Origin: Hypanus sabinus
Lineage: Eukaryota
Direction: 5' to 3'
Assembly (NCBI RefSeq): GCF_030144855.1
Contig: NC_082714.1
Location: forward strand, 93,620,001-93,684,000
DNA length: 64,000 bases
Part shown: positions 37,370-51,379 of the stretch, one piece after another
Position numbering within the stretch: position 1 is the first letter of the stretch
Layout: every line of letters starts with the position of its first letter
Notes under the pieces: model-generated
Database searches by the model: none
Seen by the model: the letters and a program-made list of their open reading frames with translations, nothing else
What the model was told of the DNA's origin: nothing
Made by a program: the position numbers and the translations under genes

Positions 37370-38610
37370 AGTTTTTGAAGAAGTTATGAGGAATGTTGAC
37401 GAGGGTAAGGCAGTGGATGTAGTCTATCTGGACTTCAGCAAAGCCTTTGACAAAGTTCCACATGGAAGGTTAGTTAAGAAGGCTCAGTCGTTACGTATTA
37501 ATGCTGGAATAATAAAATGGATTCAACAGTGGCTAGATGGGAGATGTCAGAGAGTAGTGGTGGATAATTGTTTATCGGGATGGAGGCCGGTGACTAGCGG
37601 GGTGCCTCAGGGATCTGTTTTGGGCCCAATGTTGTTTGTAATATACATAAATGATCTGGATGATGGGGTGGTAAATTGGATTAGTAAGTATGCCGATGAT
37701 ACTAAGGTAGGAGGTGTTGTGGATAATGAGGTGGGTTTTCAAAGCTTGCAGGGAGATTTATGCCGTTTAGAAGAATGGTCTGAAGGTTGGCAGATGGAGT
37801 TTAAAGCTGAGAAGTGTGAGGTTCTACATTTTGGCAGGAATAATCCAAATAGAACATACAGGGTAAATGGTAGGGCATTGAGGAATGCAGAGGAACAGAG
37901 AGATCTAGGAATAACAGTGCATAGTTCCCTGAAGGTGGAGTCTCATGTTGATAGGGTGGTGAAGAAGGCTTTAGGAACGCTGGCCTTTATAAATCAAAGC
38001 ATTGAGTACAGAAGTTGGAATGTAATGTTAAAATTGTACAAGGCATTGGTAAGGCCAAATTTAGAATATTGTGTGCAGTTCTGGTCACTGAATTATAGGA
38101 AAGATATCAATAAATTAGCGAGAGTGCAGAGACGATTTACTAGGATGTTACCTGGGTTTCAGCACTTAAGTTACAGAGAAAGGTTGAACAAGTTAGGTCT
38201 CTATTCATTGGAGCGTAGAAGGTTGAGGGGGGGGATTTGATCGAGGTATTTAAAATTTTGAGAGGGATAGATAGAGTTGACGTGAATAGGCTGTTTCCAT
38301 TGAGAGTAGGGGAGATTCAAACGAGAGGACATGATTTGAGAGTTAGGGGGCAGAAGTTTAAGGGAAACACGGGGGGGGGGGTATTTCTTTACTTAGAGAG
38401 TGATAGCTATGTGGAATGAGCTTCCTGTAGCAGTAGTAGAGGCCAGTTCAGTTGTGTCATTTAAGGTAAAAGTGGATATATATGGACAGGAAAGGAGTGG
38501 AGGGTTATGGGCTGAGTGCGGGTAGATGGACTAGGTGAGATTAAGAGTTCGGCACGGTCTAGGAGGGCCGAGATGGCCTGTTTCCGTGCTGTAATTGTTA
38601 TATGGTTATA
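37370..38610 (+). mobile_element. Young 5'-truncated CR1 with open RT frame
   Basis: The uninterrupted 284-aa ORF 37386-38240 has [24 protein letters not shown] and KYADDTK. The 3' tail is gtaattgttatatggttata. Confidence 0.95.
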
Positions 38611-39209
38611 TAAGTGGATGAATAGGTATACAGGTCTGGAACTCTCTTCTTGAAAGGCCCTTGGTGCTGAAACTCTTTATAAGAGGCAGCATTGGTTTTC
38701 CTTTTCCACATATGAACAAATATGACTGCCAAGACCAAATATTCTCCCGAACAATAAACTGTTTTATGTCCGGAGTTTTCAAGGTATATTTCAAAATGAC
38801 AAATTGTTTCACAGTTGACAGTAAAATGGTAATAAAGGATAGTTGGGGGTGGGGAGTTGCAATTGAGAAATAAGGGAGCTGGAAGTTTTGCTGGTGAACA
38901 TGCAGTGGCAGTACAGAACTATCGAGGTCCCGAGTAGGTCCTTACCTGCCAAAGCAGCGTCAGCAACGCAAATAGTTAGATTTGCATTTGTTTGCGCCTA
39001 CCAGAATTACAGCAGCACAGTGAGAGCTTTACAGCAGTTGATGTAATCATTCCTGTAACATATTAAGCAGGGCACCATGTGCCTAACCGGATGATCTGTT
39101 TAACTAAAGTTTTTGTGGGTTCGCTGTTTACACTGGACACAATGCCCTACTTTCGTTAAGTGTTGAGTACAATCGAATGGTATAGGAATTAAATTTTTCC
39201 ACCTTATAG

Positions 39210-39700
39210 AAATACACTCAGTGGCCACTTATTTGGTACACTTACATACCAGATCATTCATGTAAATATCGAATCAGCAGTCAAGTGGCAACAACTTATT
39301 GTACAAAAGTAGGCATATATAGTCAAGAGGTTCAGCTGTTGCATACATCACACAACGGAATGGAGAATGGCGAGGCTCTCCTGGAATATTCACGCACAGC
39401 TGTTACTGGAATTTACAGAAAATGATGCAAAAACCAAACAATTAAACAATTAAAGAAAACCATCCAGTGAGCAGCAGTTCTATGTTATATTGTTAGTGAG
39501 TGAATTCAGAGGAGAATAGTCGGACTGGTTCAAGCTGACAGCAAGGAAACGGTAATCCGATTGTACTAACAATGTTCTGCAGACCACGCGTTTCAACAGT
39601 GATGAAGAAAGGCATATCTGTTCGCAGAATATGTCAAACAGCTGTAGAAGGCCATGAACATGCAGGATGTACCTGATAAAGTAGTAAGAGTACAGATTAC
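39210..39700 (+). mobile_element. Tc1-derived non-autonomous element (paralogue of 8530-9560)
   Basis: It has a tacactcagtggccacttatt..ggtaca terminus and a cctgataaagtag..gagta end. Confidence 0.75.
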
Positions 39701-41489
39701 TATTATACTTCCTCCATTGCCTCTTCCTAATCCGCCTATTTACTGCTACCATCTAATAACTCATTGATTTGGTTAAACCTTGGATACGCTGTAGGAGCAT
39801 ATTCATGCTTAAACAGTTCACGTGAGTCAAATGAAAGAGGATACCCAGAACTGATACACAGGTGCAGAAAAGTAATATGGGGAGAGCTGACTATATTCAA
39901 ATCGGAGGTTAAGAGCTTCTTGATTAGTAAGGGCGACCAAGATTCCATGGAGAGGGCAGGGAATATAATAAATATTAATAAAGGTTAATAAATCAGCCAT
40001 GATGGAATGGCGGGTCAAACGTGATGGGCTGAATCGCCTAATACAGATCCTCTGTTTCATGCTTTAAGATTAAGAAGCATTTCTGAAATTTTTCAGTACG
40101 CATTTACACTGTCAGTCTCAGGGAGGAAAGAAATAAAGAGTCAATGAATGCCTGAAGGAATGTATCGAAGTGAAGGATGGCACCAGTCTAGAGGATGGCC
40201 CTTTTGGTAAACTCGAATTTTGTGAATGAACCTCTTGATGTTTACGTGGACTTCAGCAAGTTCATAGTCAAGGCTAAGCATGGTAAGCTGGTTCGGAAGC
40301 TTGGAAAATATCCGGCCCAGGATGAGTGTGCCAATGACTTAAAACACGTTTGTGTGGCATTGGACTGGGAGCGGTACTGAAGCATCCTTTTACACACTGG
40401 AGGACTTCTGTCAATGGTGTACAACAGGAACATGCGCTGACTCTACGATTGCTCGGTTATAATAATCACTTGGATGAAAAAATAGTTGGCATGCTTTGCA
40501 TGTTACATTTTGGGATGATAAGCTGCAATAACTTCCGCGTCAAATTGCAGAAACCTGGGTAGTATTGTTTATAGAGAGACCGAGGTTCGCCAGCGGCCAA
40601 ATGAATGATGCTGAATCACGTTATGGCCAAACATATATCAATTCCAACCTGGAATTTGGCGGGCTATTAGAGAGTGAACTTCTTCAGTTGTTAGTTCTTG
40701 ACTGAACTGCATGATAGCACAGTTCCTCATCCTGTCCACCATCGCTTAACTCCCTCCCCAACAAAGGAGACAGATTTTACGTCTCTTTTGCTTTCAATTC
40801 AATAATGTGTAATGTAATTGCCTCTAATTTCCCTAAACTTTAAAGGGCGTGACATCTCCTTCTCAGCCTCAAAGGAAAAATAAATTTAGTATCGAAGTTC
40901 ATATATGTCATCATGTCATCATATACGTCTACGGGATTCCTTTTCTTCCGGACATTCAGAGTAAATACAACGCGGCGCAAAGGAATCAATGAACAACGGC
41001 AGAAAAAAGGAGGGACAATGAACAAATGTTGAAATACCCAGAGGAATAATAAATAAAATCGCAATAAATATTAAGAACATGAGTTACAAAGCTCTTGAAA
41101 GTGTCCGTAGATGGTGGAATCAGTTTAGAGTTGTGAATGAAGTTGAGTGAAGTTGATCCCTTTGTTTCAAGAGTTTGATAGTAGAGGATGATAATAGCGA
41201 GTGATAACTGTCCCACAACTGTTAATAGTGTTGTGGGACCTCAGGCTCATGTACATCATTCTTATGACAGCAACGTGAAGAGAGCAAGGCTTGCATAGTG
41301 GGGTTGTTTGTGGGGGTGTCCTTGATGATAGTTGCTGCTTTCATGGGACAGCTCCGCTTTAGGTGTGCTCAGTGGTGGGTAGGGTTTTACCCGTGATTGC
41401 CTCGGTTTTATCCACTACTTGTTGTAGGTCATTCCGTTCAAAGGTTCTGGTGTTTGCAATGATACAAACCGTCAATATAGACTCAATTA

Positions 41490-43640
41490 TAGAAACATAG
41501 AAGCATAGAAAACCTACAGCGCAATACTGGCCCTTGGCACGTAAAGTTCAGCCGAACGAGTCCTACCTTGGAAATTACTAGGCTTACCTACAGCCCTCTA
41601 TTTTTCTAAGCTCCATGTACCTATCCAAAAGTCTCTAAAACAAGACCCTTTCGTACCCACCTCCACCACCGTTGCCGGCAGCCTATTCCACGCACTCACC
41701 ACTCCCTGAGTAAAAAACTCAGAACTGACATCTCCCCTGTACCTACTGTCCAGCATCTTAAACTGTGTCCTCTTATGTCAACCGTTTCAGCCCTGGGAAA
41801 AAGCCTCTGACTGTCCACACGATCAATGCCTCTAATCATCTTATACACTCTATTAGGTCACCTCTCATCATCCATCGTTCCAAGGAGAAAAGGCCGTGTT
41901 CACTCAATCTATTCTCATAAGGCATGCACTCCCTTTCAGGGAACATTCTTGTAAATCTTTTCTGCACCCTTTCTATGGCTACCACATCCTTCCTGTAGTG
42001 AGGCGACCAGAACTGAGCACAGTTCTCTTAGCGGGGTCTGACCATTTTTCTATATAGTTGCAACATTACCTCTAGGCTACTAAATTCAATTCCACGATTA
42101 AGGAAGACCAATATACCGTACTCCTTCTTAACCACAGAGTCAATCTGCGAAGCTGCTTTGAGTGTCCTGTAGACTCGAACCCAAGATCCCTATGATACAC
42201 CACACCGCCAAGAGTCTTATCGTTAATGCTACATTCTGCCATCATATTTGACCTATCAAAATGTACAACTTCAGACTTATCTGGGTTGAACTCCATCTGC
42301 CACTTCTCAGCCCAGTTTTGCATCCTATCAATGTCCCTTTGTAGCTTCTGACAGCCCTCCACACTCTAAACATTAATGAAAATCATTTCTAAAAACTACG
42401 AAGAGTACGGATCCTTGAACAGATCTCTGAGACACTCCTCTGGTGACCGACCTCCATGCAGAATATGACCCGTCTACAACCATTTCGTTGCCTTCTGCGG
42501 GCAAGCCAGTTCTAGATACAAAAGGCAATGTTCCATTGGGTCCCATGCCCCTTTACTTTCTCAGTAAGCCTTGCATGGGTTTCCTGATCAAATGTCTTGC
42601 TGAAATACATATACACTACTGCTCTTCCTTAATCAATGTGTTTATTCACATTCTCAAAACATTCAATCCTGCCCTTGAAAAAGTCATGCTGACTATCCTA
42701 TTCATATTATACCTCTCCAAGTGTCCATAAATCCTGCCTCTCAGGATATTTCCAATCAACTTACCAACCAGTGAGGTGAGTCACACTGGTCTATAATTTC
42801 CTGGCCTCTCTCTTCTTCCTTTCTTGAATAAAGGAACAATACCTGCAACCTTTCAATCCTCCAGAACCTCTTCCGTCCCCATTGATGATGCAAAGATCAT
42901 AGCCAGAGACTCAGAAATCTCCTCCCTCGCCTAGCCTGCGGTACATCTCATTCGATCCCGGCCACTTATCCGACTTGATGCTTTACAAAATATTCAGCAC
43001 GTCCCCTTCCTTAATATCTACATGCTGAAGGTATTGTCTGTTGCAAGTCATTACTACAATCACCAAGATCCATTTCCATAGTGAATACTGAAGTAAAGTA
43101 TTCATTAAGTACCTCTGCTAATTCCTCCGGTTCCATACACACTTTCCCACTGCCACAATTCATAGATCCTGTTCATTCACGTCTTACCTTTTTGCTCTTC
43201 ACATACTTGTAGAATGCCTTGGGTTTTCCATAATCCTGCCCGCCAAGGCCTTCTCAGGGCCCCTTCTGGCTTTCCTAATTTCCTTCCTATGAGCTTTATA
43301 GTCTTCTAGGTCTCGAACATTGCCTAGCTCTCTGCACTTTTTGTCAGCTTTTCTTTTGTTCTTGACTAGATTATTACAGCCTTTGTACAGCACGGTTCCT
43401 GTACCCTACCTAACTTCCATGTCTCATTGGAACGTACCTATTTAGAACTCCACTCACATATCCACTGAACATGTGCCGCATTGCTTCCGTACTTTTCCCT
43501 GAGAACATCTGTTTCCAATTTAAGCTTCCAATTTCTTGTCTGATAGCCTCATGATTCCTCTCACTCCAATTAAATGCTTTTCTAACTTGTCTATTGCTAT
43601 CTCTGTCCAATGCTATTTTTAAGGAGATAGGTTCATGATC
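41490..43640 (-). mobile_element. CR1 RT and 3' end
   Basis: ORF 42072-42362 (-) reads CQKLQRDIDRMQNWAEKWQMEFNPDK. The tail is tagaaacatagaa. Confidence 0.85.
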
Positions 43641-45212
43641 ACTATCACTCCTTGCTCTAGGGAGATGCCAATCGTGCATCTACAGAAGTTTATAAGACTT
43701 TTAGATATCATGCCAATGCTTTGAAAACTTCTAGGAATGTATGGGCCCTGCCGTTACTTCTTTGTAATGGCGGTTGTGGGCTGTACCCTGGACAGAAATG
43801 ATAACATCTCTGATCTCCTTATGAGTACTGGCTGAAGGATCTCCGAATTCCTCCCCCCTGTAGTTCGTAAACTTTTCTTTGGTGTTGCTGACATTCAGTG
43901 AGAGATTGTTGATGCGGCACTTATCACCCAGGTAAGGTCATGTCTTTGAGTCAGTCCTTTCCTCAGGGGAAGCAAAGGTTACACGATCAACGTGGAGACT
44001 TAGATCCGAAGACCAGTGTAGATATGTTCAATACCCTGCAATAATAAGGTAGTGGTATAGGGTAGTAAAATCATGCAGTTTAAAAGACTTCTGGGCAGTT
44101 AGACGGATATTAAAATTTTATCAACACAAGCAAAATGTTGGAATTTCTAGCATCTGCAGATTTCCTCCTGTTTGCTATTAAAATTTTATGGTGACATTAG
44201 TCAAACGCAAAGAAATGGGACGAGCGCAGTTATGCGACGTTTCTGGCATGGTCAAGTTGGGCAGAAAGGCCCATTTCTGTGCTGAATAACTATGTGAGTC
44301 TAAATGTCGCAGTTGTCGGGGGCAGGGAATTAGTGTCATAGTGAGGCTCAACAAGAACCACTCCTGGGGCTTCCAATAAAAATTATTTATTGTAGGGACT
44401 GACATGTAAGGACAAAATACGTTTGAAGTTAGTAACAATGAATAAACCTAAGGATCAATCACGGCCATTGCAAGTTAATGACATCCAAGTTCAATAAGCT
44501 GTGAGGGATTGATGTTGGCGTTTTCCTGGGAGTTTGAGGAAGGGACTTTTTGTTTGGATGACTATTGTTCAGTACAGGAAACAGGTGTGCCTTCGGATTG
44601 AATTACCCAATGCTGATCATATTCTCTGGAGGAGAGAACTGACCCGTAATGATAGGCTGGGGAATGGAAGCCAAACAAGTTCGGGGAACTGAAAGATGAA
44701 TACATCGAAAGACAAGATACTGATTTGACTACAAAGTGGACGCAAAATATTTTTCCTCTGGATGAGCGATGGGGGAATAGGATGAACAAGGATGACTTGA
44801 CGGAATTCAGTCAGTGCCTGTCAATTTTTTCTCCCAGAACCCCGTAAATTTTTAGTCGCCAACCAGAATCCAGAATCATATATGTTTGTGGACAACTTGA
44901 TTTAGCGCTGTGGATGTCGCATGGACAGTGCTGGGTTTATGACCATTTCAGATCTTGGATAACAGTAAAGCAGGTGCGCGAAATCTACGCGTGTTCTTAC
45001 TTATCCCCTGTGTGTCTGGTATTAAAACATTTATCGGGTTCCTGAGATTATGTTGCGGGTAGGTTCAGACGTGGAGAGAGCAACCGAGTCCATGATCACT
45101 CTCTGGGCTATTCTCAAACCCTTATGTTACTGAAGTGAGTTTTCTGTTCCCTACTCTCAAAGTTGTACATTTATCAGACACAGAACTGAATCATCATTTC
45201 CTGCAACACTCC

Positions 45213-45363
45213 NNNNNNNNNNNNNNNNNNNNNNNNNNNNNNNNNNNNNNNNNNNNNNNNNNNNNNNNNNNNNNNNNNNNNNNNNNNNNNNNNNNNNNNN
45301 NNNNNNNNNNNNNNNNNNNNNNNNNNNNNNNNNNNNNNNNNNNNNNNNNNNNNNNNNNNNNNN
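45213..45363. other. Assembly gap (151 N) inside the CT-rich tract
   Basis: Run of n. Confidence 1.
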
Positions 45364-46963
45364 TCGCTCCTCGCCCTCCTTGCGCTCTCCCCTTTCCCTC
45401 CTCTCTCTCTCCCTTTCACTGGTTCTGTCTCTCTCTCCTCCTTCACTCTATCCTCTCTCTCTCCCCATCTCTCACACATAGTCTCCGCTCACATTCTTAT
45501 CTTACTCATTCTGTCTCACTTCGCAGTGCTTTTTCTTTCATCCCATCTCGCTCTCGCTCCCCGCTATCACCGTCTCACCCTCTGTCTCTCCCGTTTCGCA
45601 GAACTCATTCTACCTCTCTCTTTCGCTGACCTGTGTCCTTCCATTGTTGTCACAAATAATTCCAATTGTGTAAGCTTTCATTTTTAGATTTAGATTCAGA
45701 ATGTGTCTCTCCCTATTATTGCAGTTTATCAGATTGAGAGAAATTATTAAAAAAATGCCCCCACCTTCCTGGGACCTCGTGACCACGCCACCTGTACCAC
45801 TTCACAAACAGGAGAGAAACAGCAGCAATTTGTGTAATTATCGCTAAATAAAGGCTGTGCATACCCCGTCCGGTCCCCATGGGGAGATGACGCGGTCCGC
45901 AGCTGCATCAGGCCCGGTCACAACACAAAATGTTCGACCTTATCCATCTATCCATCTCATCCTTACTCTGGTCAGCGACGAAAAATAATAATGGGGCCAG
46001 GGGAGAGACAATTGAAAGTCCCTGACTGTATGAGGAAGAGGTTAACGGGGGCTGACCAGTGTCCGACGGTCAGTACGGGATTGAGGGAGAATTACCATAT
46101 CCTAGGTTATGAACAGCACGTATTCAAACTTTAATGACCATCTCCAATTAACCAATAAGAGGTAATCGATAGAAAAGCTTTACAGAACCCAAACTGCAGG
46201 ATAACATTTCAGAAATAAAAAACCGGCGAGTATTTCACAGTGGCGTTATTAGAGAAACGTTGATACCATGTCACATAAGTCGAATTTTTAATGGATGAAT
46301 TTTATTCTCATCAATTACACAGTATCCAAAGATGGTGGCGGAATGATGGCTGGGTGGTGATGAACTAAATCATGGAAAAGAGAAGGGAGATTGATGTCTC
46401 ATACGGGACTCACTGTTAATAGCACCCTTCATCAAAGTGAGGATCAGCGTTAGAATCGGGTACAATATTACTGCCATACGGCATGAAATTGTTGTGAGTG
46501 CCCCAAAGTGCAGGAGATCCCGATTAAAATAACCATGGAATGTCATAAAGAAATAGAGCTCCACAACACCAAATCAGTCCTCTCGGTCCATCTAGGCTTT
46601 TCCGAACTGTTAATATGGTTAAACCCGTCACTTTGGAACCAAACCATCAGCATCCATACCTCTTCGTCCGTCCACCCGAACTGCCCACCAGAAAATCCAC
46701 CATAACTGCCACTATAAGTATGTAAGTAAAAGGCTAAAATGGAATGGATAACTTGGATCAATTTCGCATTCAGATTGGAAACGCTCGAAAATAAATAAAT
46801 AAAGCGTCGGTGAAATTATATGAGGAGTTAAAGGAAATCTTCCTGAAATATATTGGAACGAAAGGCCAACGTGACAGTATAACACTCTATGCAGCTTGTA
46901 TGACTAAGAAGGTGTTTTTGATTAAGAATAATGCACCGAAATCATATACAGAAATATGTATAT

Positions 46964-47183
46964 NNNNNNNNNNNNNNNNNNNNNNNNNNNNNNNNNNNNN
47001 NNNNNNNNNNNNNNNNNNNNNNNNNNNNNNNNNNNNNNNNNNNNNNNNNNNNNNNNNNNNNNNNNNNNNNNNNNNNNNNNNNNNNNNNNNNNNNNNNNNN
47101 NNNNNNNNNNNNNNNNNNNNNNNNNNNNNNNNNNNNNNNNNNNNNNNNNNNNNNNNNNNNNNNNNNNNNNNNNNNNNNNNNNN
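46964..47183. other. Assembly gap (220 N)
   Basis: Run of n. Confidence 1.
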
Positions 47184-47259
47184 NGAGGAGGAGGACAGGG
47201 CGGGAAAACATGTATTTAGGTTCTACACATGGAGGGATGGCGCAATCTATTATTAAGAC

Positions 47260-50200
47260 TATAAAACCATAAAACATAGGAGAAGAATTAGACCATCTGG
47301 TCTAATCGGTTGCTCCGGCATTCAATCATGTCTGGACATTTTTATAGTCTCCTCCTCATCCCCAGTTCCCGGCATTCTCCCCGTAATCTATTATGCCATG
47401 TCCAATCAAAAACTTGTCAATCTCTGCCTTAAATACTGCAAGCGACCCGGCCTCAACAGCTGCATATGGCAACAAATTACACAAATTCAGCACCAGTTGT
47501 CGAAAGAAACTTCCCCACATCTCTATTTTGAAAGGTGGCTCCTCTATCCTAAGGCTGTGCCCGCTTGACCTACATTTTCCCACCATGGGAAATATTCCTT
47601 CCACTATCTCTAGGCCTTTCAAAATTCGAAAGTTTTCAATGAGGTCCCGCTGCAAATAAGAATAAAGAAAAAGAAATAGAATGAAAAAGAGTAAGAGGGA
47701 AAATATAGAATCCTTCTGAATTGCAGCGAGTACAGATCCAGAGTCATTAAGCCTTCCTAGTATGATAACCCTTTCATTCCTGGAATCATCATTGTGAACC
47801 TGCTCTGGATCCTCTGCAATGGCAGCACATCCATTCTAAGATGAAGGGCCCAGAATTGTTCGCAATACTCAAGTTGAGGCCTCACCTTATAAAGACTCAG
47901 CATCACATTTATGCTCTTGTATTCTAGACCTCTTGAAATAAATGCCAACAGAACTTTTGCCTTCCTGATCACCGTCTCAAACTGTACTTAACTTTAAGGA
48001 TGTTCTTCACAAGGACTTCCATTTACCTCTGCTTTTCAGACACCTTTATTTTCTCTCTGATTAGAAAATAGGCCACACGTTTATTTCTACTATCAAAGTG
48101 CATGACCATGCATTTTCCAACATTGTATTTTATTTGTCACTTTCTTGCCCATTCTCCTACCCTGTCTAAGTCCTTTGCTCAACACTACCTGCCCCCTCCA
48201 TCAATCGGGGTATCATCAGAAAACTTGGCAACAAAACAACCTATTTCATCATAGAAATCAGTCATTTACAGCATAAAACGCAATGTTCCCAACACCGACC
48301 CCTGTGAAACACCACTTGTCACTGGCAGACAACCAGAAAAGAATGAATTTATTCCCACTCGCTGTCTCCTACCAGTCAGCCAATGTTCTCACCAAGTTAA
48401 CAACTTTCTTGTGATACCATAAGCTCTTAACTTGGTCAGCGGCCTCATTGTCAAAGACCTTCTGAAAGCCCAAATATACAACATCCACTGCATCCCCTTT
48501 ATGCTACTTGTAATCTCAAGGATTCTAACAGGTTCGTCAGGCAGGATTTTCCCTAAAGGAAACGATACTGATTTTGTACTATGTTGTTCTGTGTCACCAA
48601 ATAGTCCATAATTTCATCATTAATGAAGACTCTGACATCTTCCTAAACACTGATGTCAAGCTAACTGGTCTATAATTTCGTTTCTGCTGCCTTCCTGCTG
48701 TCTTAAAGAGTGGAGGAAGATTTGAATTCTTTTCAGCCGTCTGGTACCTATTTCAGAACACTAAGGTGCAATTCCTCTGGAAGGGTGACTTATGTGCATT
48801 TTGCACTTTCTCCCTTCCTTCACACACTACAACATCACGCACACTATTATTGTCTGCCATAGTGAAGACCGACGCAAAATACTCATTTAAATCATCGGCC
48901 ATCTCCTTGTTCCCCGTTAAGATTTCTCCTGCTTCATATTCCAGCCGTCTTATATCCACTCTCATTGCTCTCTTATTTTTAACATAGTTGTAAAAACATT
49001 TAATATCCACTTTGATATGATTCGCTAGCTTGCTTTCATATTTCACCTCTACCCTTCTAATGATTTTTTCAGTTGATCTCTCTAGGTTTTTTAAAACTAC
49101 TCAATCCTTTATCTTCCCACTAATTTTTGCATTGCTGTATGTTCTTCCTTTTGCTTTTACAATAGCTTTAACTTCCCTGCCAGCCATTCATGCACGATTT
49201 TATCATTTGAGTGGTTCTTCATTTTTGGAATACAAAATGCCCTGCACCTTCCTCATTTCCCCTAGAAACACACTTTATTGCTGCTCAACTGACCTGCTTG
49301 CCAGAAGCTCCTTCCTGTTTACTTTGGCCAACTCCTCTTTCATACCACTGTAATTTCCGTAACTTCACTGAAGTACTGCTACATCACATTTTACTTTCTC
49401 TCTATCAGATTTGAAGTTGAACACAATTATATTGTGATCATTGTTTCCTCAGGGTTCTTTTACCTTAAGTTCCCTAATAGCTTCTGGTTCATTACATAAC
49501 ACCCAATCCATTATAGCTGATCCCTTCGTCGAGTCAACGAAAAACTGCTCTAAAAAGCTATCTCTTAAGCATTCAGCAAACTCACTCCCCCGAGATCCAT
49601 TACCAACCGGATTTTCCTATTCGACCTGCATGTTAAAACCTCACGTGACTACTATAACCTTGCCTTTTCTATTTCCTGTTGTAACGTGTGGTCCATCTAC
49701 CAGCTTATTTTGTGACGCCTGTATATAAGTGCCATCAATATCCCTTTAGCCCTTGCAGTGTCCTAATACAACCCACTATGATTCAACATCTTCCGATCCT
49801 ATGTCACACCTGATTTCATGCCATTTTTTACCAGCCGAGGCACACCTCTGTCTACTTTCCTATCCCTCCATTATAACATGTAACCTTGGACATTCAGCTC
49901 CCAACTACAACCAACCTTCATCCTTCACTGATGGCCACAACATCATACTTGCAATCTGTAATATTTCAACAAGATCATCCACGTTATTTCTTATATTACA
50001 TGCATTTAGATACAACACCTTGAGAACTGCATTTGCTATCCTTTCTGATCCTACATCCCTGATGATTTGATACTCAGCCTGCTGGCTGCAACTAAGTCTT
50101 ATCACCTGCGTGCACTTCCGGACAATCTGGCTACACGCCCTCTCTATTTTTTCCTATCCTTCCTATCTTGAGTCCCTTCATACCGGATCGCAACAACCTG

Positions 50201-50950
50201 CCCAGTTAGTTTAAACACTCACAACAGCCCTAACAAAACTATCTGCGAAATTATTGGTCACCCTCGGCTTCAGGTGCATCTCATCATTTTGAGCAGGTAA
50301 TAACTCATCCAGAAGAGATCCCAATTATCCAAGAACCTGAAGACTTGCCCGCTGCATCGGCTTCGTAGCCACATATTTTCTACCAAATAGTCCAGTTTTT
50401 CTCAACACTCGCGCGTGGCACAGACAGTAATCCAGAAAGTAGTACTCGGATTGTCCTACTTCTCAGCTTTCTTCGTAGCTCTCTAAATTCTCTTTTCAGG
50501 ACCTCATGTCTTTTCCTTCCAGTGGAGTTGTTAACAATATGTACCAAGGAATCTGCGCTCTCTCTCTCTCTCTCGCTCTCTCTCTCTCTCGTTGAGGCAT
50601 CCCTAACCCTTGCACCTGGGAGGCAACATATCATATGGATTTCCCGTTCAATTCCACAAATTGAATCTCCTGTCTGTTCCCCTCTCTTTTGAGTTCCCTA
50701 TCACTGCCGCTCCTTTCTTCTCTCTCTTTCCCTTCTGCACCACGGACCCATGCTCAGTGCCTGTAACCCTGTCGCCGTGGCTTTCTCTCGGGTGGTCATC
50801 CTCTACAAAAGTATCCAAAGCAGTATACTTGTTTTTAAAGGGAATGGCAAAAGAAGTGCTTTCCTCTAACTGCCCATTTCCATTTCTCCTGACAGTCACA
50901 CAGCTACTCGGCTCCTGAAACTTCGGGGTGACTACTTCCCTTTAAATTTG
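47260..50950 (-). mobile_element. Decayed CR1 (ORF1 esterase, endonuclease, RT, 3' end)
   Basis: Minus-strand ORFs are 50648-50899 and 50380-50634 (CCLPGARVRD), 49905-50105 (LYLNACNIRN), 48753-49046, 47757-47972 and 47356-47655. Confidence 0.85.
50558..50590. repeat. (CT)n microsatellite
   Basis: Read directly. Confidence 0.95.
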
Positions 50951-51379
50951 CTCAATTATATCCTCGCTTTCCTCACATTAAGGAGGTTCCTGAAGATCCA
51001 CTAGGAATCAGGGATAGAAAACGTGGTCGGCAAATCTCTCGGTGATCTCCTGGTAATGGTATCATAACTTACGAAATAGATCGATTGGCAATCAGCAGAC
51101 ACGATGGACATTGATTATCAGCAGGCCAACTATGAAGTGATTTGCAAGAATTTGCTGAAAAAAGAAATCCAGCTGTTCACAGTGTATATCCAAACACTTA
51201 GAAAGGGAATGGAGTGTGATATTGCTATGTTTGTTTATTATCAGGGTTATCAGGACACTGCAGAGTGATTTAGTTGATGTTCACTGGTTAGCAAAGCTTT
51301 CAGGGACACAAAATACCGAATATCAGATTTTGAGATTTCTTCCACTCTTGGAAAATAATCTGCACAATTATTTCTTCTA

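Larger units (their letters stand above)
28480..46270 (+). repeat. Segmental duplication block U2 (paralogue of 2290-15530), with no C exon following
   Basis: It is colinear with U1. Similarity ends at tgatacc (~46267 vs ~15534). Confidence 0.9.

Noticed and set aside
38980-38987. Octamer ATTTGCAT with nearby CACAGTG (39016-39022)
   Set aside because: There is no leader or V exon nearby and no nonamer at 12 or 23 bp.
46964-47183. A second C exon hidden in the N gap
   Set aside because: The flanks show no similarity to the sequence around 15888-16216 and the stated gap is shorter than the exon. It cannot be fully excluded without long reads.
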